Assembly (NCBI GenBank): GCA_965203485.1
Contig: OZ241892.1
Span: 2,144,001 to 2,208,000, forward strand
Source: Longimicrobiales bacterium
Lineage (GTDB): Bacteria > Gemmatimonadota > Gemmatimonadetes > Longimicrobiales > Gaopeijiaceae
Direction: 5' to 3'
Length of the DNA: 64,000 bases
The stretch's first letter is position 1. Each line of letters begins with the position of its first letter. The position numbers and the translations under genes were made by a program. The notes beneath the pieces were generated by a model, which saw nothing but the letters and a program-made list of their open reading frames with translations, was not told where the DNA came from and did no database searches. Below are positions 58,220-64,000 of the stretch, piece after piece.

Positions 58220-60745
58220 TCAAGCAAGCATGGCGTTGAGCCGCTGCGTCCACTCGTCCTCGTCCACGACCTCGAAGCGCACGACCTTCTCGCGCATCGC
58301 CGGCGCGAACTCGGCCCAGTCCTTCTGCTTGGCGAACTCCGAGCACGTGTCGAATACGGACCGCTTGTACTCCGTGTCCTCCGACTGCTTGAGGTGCAGG
58401 CCCTTGGTCTCCAGCACGAACACGTCGCCGAAGCCCCCGCCGTCGCCCGGCGGCTCGGCCTTCAGCGCCAGCACGAAGTCCGCATAGACGCGTCTGGGCT
58501 TCCAGCCCTGCAAGTAGTAGTCCTTGCGGCTCCGGTTGCGATACCAGAAGAACAGCCGCGCCTGCTGGTCCAGATAGGTGGCCACCGACGTCTCGAGCGT
58601 GTTCAGATCCTCTTCGCGGGTCCGGTCGTACAGGTTGAGGACGAACTGGCTGCCGTCGGTTCGGTTCGCTTGCTTTCCGCTTCCGATCTCCACCTCAGCC
58701 GGCGGACGGTTGAACGCCAGGTCGTCGGCCACGACGAGGAACCGCATGGCGCCGCGTTCCAGCATGTCGAAGAAGGCGTTGCGCGATAATCGGTCCCGCT
58801 CTCCCTCCAGCCGCTTGCGCAGTTCTTCCAGGACGAACATGTAGCTCTCTTGGACCTGCCCGCGCGGATGCTTGTCCAGCAATGCTTCGAACACGCTCTT
58901 GGCGGCCTCGGCGCCGCGCCACGGATTCGGCATGCCGTTCAGCAGGTGGCTGGCGGCGAAGTAGTAGTCGATCACGTCTTCGTCTTCGCTGGTCGCGCCG
59001 TTGCCGGCGGCGAGAAACCGATCGGTAGGCGCCGCCCCGTCCAGTCCGGTGCGCAGATCGAAGCTGTCGCCGCGCTCGGCGCCCAAGGACAAGCCGAACA
59101 GCGGGCTCACGTCCACGTCGTTCCACGCAACCCGCGGCAGGATGTCGGTCTCGTACCGCACCGGCCGCCAGTTGGCGCCGTCCTTGATCATGAACGCAGG
59201 AAGCACGAAGTCGCGAACGGCGTGGCGAAAGCGTTCGCGCGGCTTGGCCACCACCGGCCTCCTTGGCCCGAGAGACTCGTCGTCGTCCACGATCTTGCCC
59301 TCCAGCCCCTGCAAGCCCTCCAGCCCGAACCCCTTGCGCACCTGCCGTAGCAGTTCCGCTCCCCGGCGCTGGTAGCAGAACACGTAGCTCTCGTCGAGCC
59401 AGCGCACGCCGGTCTTGCGGGCGTACGGCTGGCGCAGGATGCGGCCCACCAGCTGCGTCAGCGCGCTCCTCGACTGCGGGTTGGTCAGGATCGCCAGGAC
59501 GTAGGCGAAGGAGCAGTCCCAGCCTTCCTGCAACGCCTGCTTCGTGATGATGAAGCGGATCGGGCAGTTCCTGGCGAGCAGGCCGCCGACCTCGTCCACC
59601 GCCTTGAGTTCGTCCCTTTGGCTCGTCTTGACGGCGATGTGCTCGGGGCGGACGTCCGGATGCCGCAACAGGTACTCCCTCGCGTCCTCCGCGTGCACGA
59701 CGCCGGTCCGGCGCTGCGTCCGCCCCGTGCGCTCCACCTGTATCACGCATATCGGGCGAATGTGCTCGCCGGTCTCGGCCTGGTGCGCGAGGGCCTCGTC
59801 TTCCAACATCTTGCGATGCTCCAGCGACGCCAGCAACGTGTCCTCCCACGCGGCGCTCCGGCTGTTCTTGATGTGCAGGTCCAGCTTGATCATCTCTTCG
59901 GCGTGGAGCTCCCGCCCGGAGATGCTCACCAGCACGTTCGCTTCCTCCGGCGGCGTGGCCGACAGCTCGACGATCATGCAGGGATTGAAGCCTTCCAGCG
60001 TGTCCTTGGCGTTTCGGCTGTACGCCTTGTGCCCTTCGTCGAGGATGATCAGCGGACGCAGCAGGCGCAACGCGTTGCCCAACGACGTCTTGGCCTGCCG
60101 TCCCCACACGCCTCCTTGCCGCTCGAAGGCGTCCAGGTTCGGCACCCTCTCCATCAACCTTCTGTGGCCTTCCGCGTCGTTGTCGGCGGGAAAGAAGCGA
60201 TCGTAGCCCCCGCTGTCCCGGAACATGCGAAGTTGCGCCTTCGTCCGGCGGTTGGCGGACGGAAGCATCAGCACAAGAATGCAGAGCTTCTCCGCCACGT
60301 CGCGCGGACCGAATCCCTTGGTCTTGTCGAGAACGAGCGTGCGCCCGGCCGACAGGATGTCCAGCTGCTGCCGGTAGGGATGGCCCCTGTCCTTGAGCGC
60401 CCGAAGCGTCTGGTTGTAGATCTGCGTCGTCGGAACGATCCAGAGCACCAAGCCGGACTGTCCGCGGCGGAAGCGCGTGTGGACCAGGTCGATCACCTTG
60501 ACGGCCAGCAACGTCTTGCCGCCGCCGGTCGGAATCTTGAGACAGAAGGCAGGCAACGGCTCGCCCAGGCCGTTTCGCCGGGCCACGTACCGGTGCGACG
60601 AGAAGCCCTTCTCCCACGCCTTCGCCGCCCAGTCGAAGCCGAACTCGGGATCCAGCGTGGCCGCCTTGTCCCGCCACTCCGCCAAGCGCTCCAGGTGCTC
60701 CCCGACGATCGAAAGCGTTCGCTTCTGGTATTCCTTGAGGATCAC
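58220..60745 (-). CDS. res: Type III restriction enzyme Res subunit (SF2 helicase with C-terminal nuclease)
   Basis: GTG overlaps the mod stop; LKEYQ, IPTGGGKT, LDEGH, ELSATP, ALQEGWDC, QLVGRILRQP and YADF...LETKG. Confidence 0.88.
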   Translation of the reverse strand: MILKEYQKRTLSIVGEHLERLAEWRDKAATLDPEFGFDWAAKAWEKGFSSHRYVARRNGLGEPLPAFCLKIPTGGGKTLLAVKVIDLVHTRFRRGQSGLVLWIVPTTQIYNQTLRALKDRGHPYRQQLDILSAGRTLVLDKTKGFGPRDVAEKLCILVLMLPSANRRTKAQLRMFRDSGGYDRFFPADNDAEGHRRLMERVPNLDAFERQGGVWGRQAKTSLGNALRLLRPLIILDEGHKAYSRNAKDTLEGFNPCMIVELSATPPEEANVLVSISGRELHAEEMIKLDLHIKNSRSAAWEDTLLASLEHRKMLEDEALAHQAETGEHIRPICVIQVERTGRTQRRTGVVHAEDAREYLLRHPDVRPEHIAVKTSQRDELKAVDEVGGLLARNCPIRFIITKQALQEGWDCSFAYVLAILTNPQSRSALTQLVGRILRQPYARKTGVRWLDESYVFCYQRRGAELLRQVRKGFGLEGLQGLEGKIVDDDESLGPRRPVVAKPRERFRHAVRDFVLPAFMIKDGANWRPVRYETDILPRVAWNDVDVSPLFGLSLGAERGDSFDLRTGLDGAAPTDRFLAAGNGATSEDEDVIDYYFAASHLLNGMPNPWRGAEAAKSVFEALLDKHPRGQVQESYMFVLEELRKRLEGERDRLSRNAFFDMLERGAMRFLVVADDLAFNRPPAEVEIGSGKQANRTDGSQFVLNLYDRTREEDLNTLETSVATYLDQQARLFFWYRNRSRKDYYLQGWKPRRVYADFVLALKAEPPGDGGGFGDVFVLETKGLHLKQSEDTEYKRSVFDTCSEFAKQKDWAEFAPAMREKVVRFEVVDEDEWTQRLNAMLA

Positions 60746-62364
60746 GACGCCAGCTTGTCCACGGTCTCGTAGATCTCGAACGGCAACTGCGAGAACGTGA
60801 TTCGATGCATGTGCAGGAATTCCAAGTCCAGATACTTGGTGGGGGCGAAGATCAAGCGTTCGCGGCCGTTCTCCGGCAGATCTCGGGCGATGCCGAGCGT
60901 GAGAGCCAGGTTCTTGAGGACTTCGACGTCGGGATCGTAGATCAAGAACACGTCGTACTGCGTGCTCGCGCCGATGAACCATTTCTCCCGATCGATCTGG
61001 TCCGGATCGAACTCCTCGCCCGTCGCGGTGAAGAACACGTAGCCGGCCAGCTTGTCGTAGCCCGGAAGCCGCGACGGCCCGAACATCGACCTCCGTCGCA
61101 TGGGACGGCCCACCTCGAAGTAGCTGAACGTGCCGCCGAGCCCGGCTTCGAGGCGCTCGTCCTTGGCTCCCGGCACGCCCTTGGCAACCCGCCGCACGCG
61201 CTCGGCCGTCAACGTGTCGACGTAGTCCTCGCACTCCACCAGCACGAAGCGCCGGTTGCCGCCGTCCTCCTTGTTGAGGGCCAGGACGGCGTGAGCCGTG
61301 GTGCCGGAGCCCGCGAAGGAGTCGAGCACGACGGAGTCCTTGTCGGTGGCAATCTGGAGGATGCGCTTGACGAGGCTGCTCGGCTTGACCGTATCGAAGA
61401 CGTCCTCGGAGCGGTCGAAGTCGAGAATGGACACCAATTCCTTCTTGGCGGCCTGCGTGTTGCCAACGTCGGCGTGAAACCACATGGTTTGAGGCACAAC
61501 CCCCCGCCTCACCTCGTTCAGGTAGCGCTTCAAGCGCGGCATGCTGTTGCCGTCCGAACCCCACCAGATGCGGCCGTCCTTGTCGAGTTGCTCGAACTTT
61601 TCCGTCGATACGCGGAAGTAATTGCCCACCGACGGACGAAACTTCTTCCCCAAAGGACTGACGACTTCGTATGTGCCCTGGCTGTAGTAGTTGCGAGCAG
61701 TCAGATCGCTCGACGACCACTTGCCCCTAGGATCGTCGTCAGGATTCTTGTATCGATTCATTGCTCGCTCGCTCCGCTTCAACAGATTCGGCGACCATTC
61801 GGCGAGGTTGCGAGCATACGCCAGCACATAGTCATGATCTTCCGAGAAGTACTTGGCGGAATTCTTGGGCGAGAAGACCTTCTGCCAGATCGCGGTCGCC
61901 ACGAAGTTGTCCTCGCCGAACACTTCGTCCATCAGAAACCGCAACCGGTGCACTTCGTTGTCGTCGATGGAGACGAAGATTGCACCGTCGTCTGAGAGCA
62001 GTTCGCGCAACAGCGTTAGGCGCGGCAACATCATGCAGCACCACTTGTCGTGGCGCGTCAGATCCTCGCGGTCCACGATCTTGCCGAACCAGTCCTGCAT
62101 CATCGGTGAGTTCACCCTGTCGTTGTACGCCCACCCTTCGTTGCCGGTGTTGTACGGCGGGTCGATGTAGATGCACTTGACCTTGCCGTGATAGACCGGC
62201 AGAAGCGCCTTGAGGGCCGCCAAGTTGTCGCCCTCGACGATCAGGTTGTCGTGGAGGCTGGCCCTCGGGCTGGTCCCCTTGGCGCGAACCGGCTTCAGCT
62301 CGTGGAAAGGAACGACCAGATGGTGATTCTCGACGAAGACCTGCCCCTTGAATTGCAAACGCAT
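60742..62364 (-). CDS. mod: Type III R-M Mod subunit (adenine DNA methyltransferase)
   Basis: IVEGDNL.ALK.L, IYIDPPYNTG, IFVSIDDNE, F.T.KP..L and VLDSFAGSGTT (beta-class motif order). Confidence 0.92.
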   Translation of the reverse strand: MRLQFKGQVFVENHHLVVPFHELKPVRAKGTSPRASLHDNLIVEGDNLAALKALLPVYHGKVKCIYIDPPYNTGNEGWAYNDRVNSPMMQDWFGKIVDREDLTRHDKWCCMMLPRLTLLRELLSDDGAIFVSIDDNEVHRLRFLMDEVFGEDNFVATAIWQKVFSPKNSAKYFSEDHDYVLAYARNLAEWSPNLLKRSERAMNRYKNPDDDPRGKWSSSDLTARNYYSQGTYEVVSPLGKKFRPSVGNYFRVSTEKFEQLDKDGRIWWGSDGNSMPRLKRYLNEVRRGVVPQTMWFHADVGNTQAAKKELVSILDFDRSEDVFDTVKPSSLVKRILQIATDKDSVVLDSFAGSGTTAHAVLALNKEDGGNRRFVLVECEDYVDTLTAERVRRVAKGVPGAKDERLEAGLGGTFSYFEVGRPMRRRSMFGPSRLPGYDKLAGYVFFTATGEEFDPDQIDREKWFIGASTQYDVFLIYDPDVEVLKNLALTLGIARDLPENGRERLIFAPTKYLDLEFLHMHRITFSQLPFEIYETVDKLAS

Positions 62365-62544
62365 GTTTCTATCCGTGGCTTCCGGCTTGGCAACTGGCTC
62401 GAAGGGTGGAAGATATCGATCCGTGGCCGGCAGGCAAGCGGACCGCGATCGTCCGAAGCCCGTCGGTCGCCACTTGAAGCGTGGCCGAGGTCTGGCCTTG
62501 GGGACGGATTCGGTAGCGGGCCCAGAACGCCAGCGTGGTCTCCC

Positions 62545-62572
62545 GGACGCCGGAATGCGCAAACAGGCCGCC
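62545..62572 (+). repeat. 28-bp direct repeat, right copy
   Basis: GGACGCCGGAATGCGCAAACAGGCCGCC; 26/28 identical to 55147-55174. Confidence 0.8.
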
Positions 62573-62679
62573 GTGGGCGGGGCGGGCCTCGGCTAGAAAG
62601 CCGCCCGCGAGCACCCGAGTGGCGTGGACTCGGGGCCCGCTACGCCTCGGCCGCGAGCGGCCCGATGGCAAAGGCGAGT

Positions 62680-62709
62680 GATATCATGATACCATGCTCA
62701 CGTCATGCC
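62680..62709. promoter_or_regulatory. Second copy of the MNT-HEPN operator-like palindrome, upstream of mod
   Basis: GATATCATGATACC (13/14 match to 58113-58126) followed by ACGTCATGCC, which also occurs at 58147-58156. Confidence 0.6.
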
Positions 62710-62742
62710 AGCCCCTACGGGCCCCGGCCCAGCCGCCGATCT

Positions 62743-63120
62743 TCAAATGGGCTCCGTGTAGTCCAGCAAGTCGACGTTGTCGGGTCTCCTCTTGCCCTCT
62801 TGGAAGTACAGGGCCCGGAAGCGCTTCATCTGCTTGATCGCATCGATCAACGCCTTTTCCTGCCGCGAGTCGGCCACGTTCCTGACCAGCGCCTTCGCGT
62901 CGGCGTCGGTCAGCCGCAGCACCAGGTAGTTGGCCACGGCCGAGAACACCGACTTGTGGAAGTCGCGCGCTTCCTGCGACGCCAGCACCAGCGACACGCC
63001 GTACTTGCGGCATTCCTTGGCCATCGTGGGAACCACGCTGAGCTTCGCCGCCCGGTGGGCTTCGTCAAAGACGACGGCATGGGTGATCCGGTCCTTTATC
63101 CCGCGACGACAGGCGTTCCC
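62743..63120 (-). pseudogene. C-terminal fragment of a HerA/VirB4-like ATPase
   Basis: ITHAVVFDEAHRAA...AKECRKYGVSLVLASQ...F (Walker B and RKYG motif); no Walker A or N-terminus present. Confidence 0.75.
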
Positions 63121-63740
63121 ACGCTCGAAGCCGGTCAAGTACCGGCGAGTTGTCGTGCTTCACCAGGATCGTTCGCGGCGACAGGTTGCGGTGGACCAAT
63201 CCCAGCTCGTCGGCCGTGGCTTCGTGAAGCTCCTGCACGGCGCAAATCGCCTGCCGAGCAAAGTCGATGCGTTCCGCGGCGACCCACGAGTCGTCGCGGC
63301 TCCTTTCCTCGATGGACGGAACCCCAGGATCGACCACCGTGAAGAACTTCATTTCGCCCGTGTGCCCCGGCACGTCCTGTAACGAATCCAGGACTCGGGG
63401 CGCCCACCCGAAGCGCGACAGATGGATGTGAAGAGCGTCGTGTTCGTGCCGGGCAACCTCCTCCGCACTTCTTGCCATGTCCGCGGAGAGGTCGTACAGG
63501 TGCAGGAACACCCGGTCCTTTCGTGACGCGTGCGTGCCCCTGTAGATGCGGCGAAAGCGTTCCTCTTCAGCTGTTTGGAGCTCGAGGTTCACGTAGCCGG
63601 CCAGCCTTCGCAACGGAAGGACGCCGTCCACGGCGACGCTTGGAGCCAGCTCTTTGACCAGCCGCCTTACTTCTTGCGGCGACACCCCGGCGGACCGATC
63701 GCCACCATGTCGATCTCGTCGGACTGAAGCTGGTCCTCCG
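63121..63740 (-). pseudogene. Degraded NERD-nuclease / protein-kinase-fold gene fragment
   Basis: NERD-like SDEIDMVAIGPPG in one frame; kinase-like LHLYD...HE...LVHRNLSPRTILV in another; truncated. Confidence 0.65.
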
Positions 63741-64000
63741 CTACGCAAGCACCAAGCTTCCGGTGATGACCTCGGCGAGCGGGGAGCCGGCAAGGGCCAA
63801 CTGGTGCGGGCCATAGCGTCGACGTGGACTTCTGTTCATCAGCGAGGGCGAACGGCCTACCGTCGTAGCGATGGAAGCGAGCAGCGGCGTACGGCGTGAG
63901 ATTGCGGTGAACGGACTGGCCGCCGAGTTTACCGAAGCACTGCGCGAGAAGCACGTGGAGTGGCTGCATGCGCATAGCGGCCATTCGCCGGAGAGCGTCG

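Noticed and set aside
60746..61720. 1166-aa ORF implying a longer Res protein
   Set aside because: The extension overlaps mod in another frame; Res begins at the GTGA overlap at 60745.
63745..64000. Possible DprA-like winged-helix fragment (EVHVDAMAR...PLAEV) at the window end
   Set aside because: Too short and split across frames to support without a search.

Overview
High-GC bacterial chromosomal segment. Gene content and order (nrdJ, murQ, ccdA, fused E1 alpha/beta, coaE-nrnA, moeB, recQ) suggest Gemmatimonadota; this is an inference only. Housekeeping blocks alternate with defence and accessory modules. (1) 1-10.7 kb holds the 3' half of a BREX-like locus: pglX-type methyltransferase, two Schlafen/AlbA_2-domain proteins, a ~600-bp non-coding array of ~36-bp palindromes, pglZ and brxL. 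(2) Four AAA-type ATPase genes are scattered through the window (one is a pseudogene), three with their own palindromic operator. (3) 21-25.5 kb encodes a single-polypeptide Type ISP-like restriction-modification enzyme carrying a G25 tract. (4) 55.1-62.7 kb is a block bounded by 28-bp direct repeats. It holds a Type III R-M pair and an MNT-HEPN toxin-antitoxin pair whose operator palindrome recurs upstream of mod. A deleted NERD-kinase/ATPase remnant follows. No rRNA, tRNA, CRISPR-Cas, integrase or transposase was recognised. All product calls come from motif recognition by eye; no database search was run.
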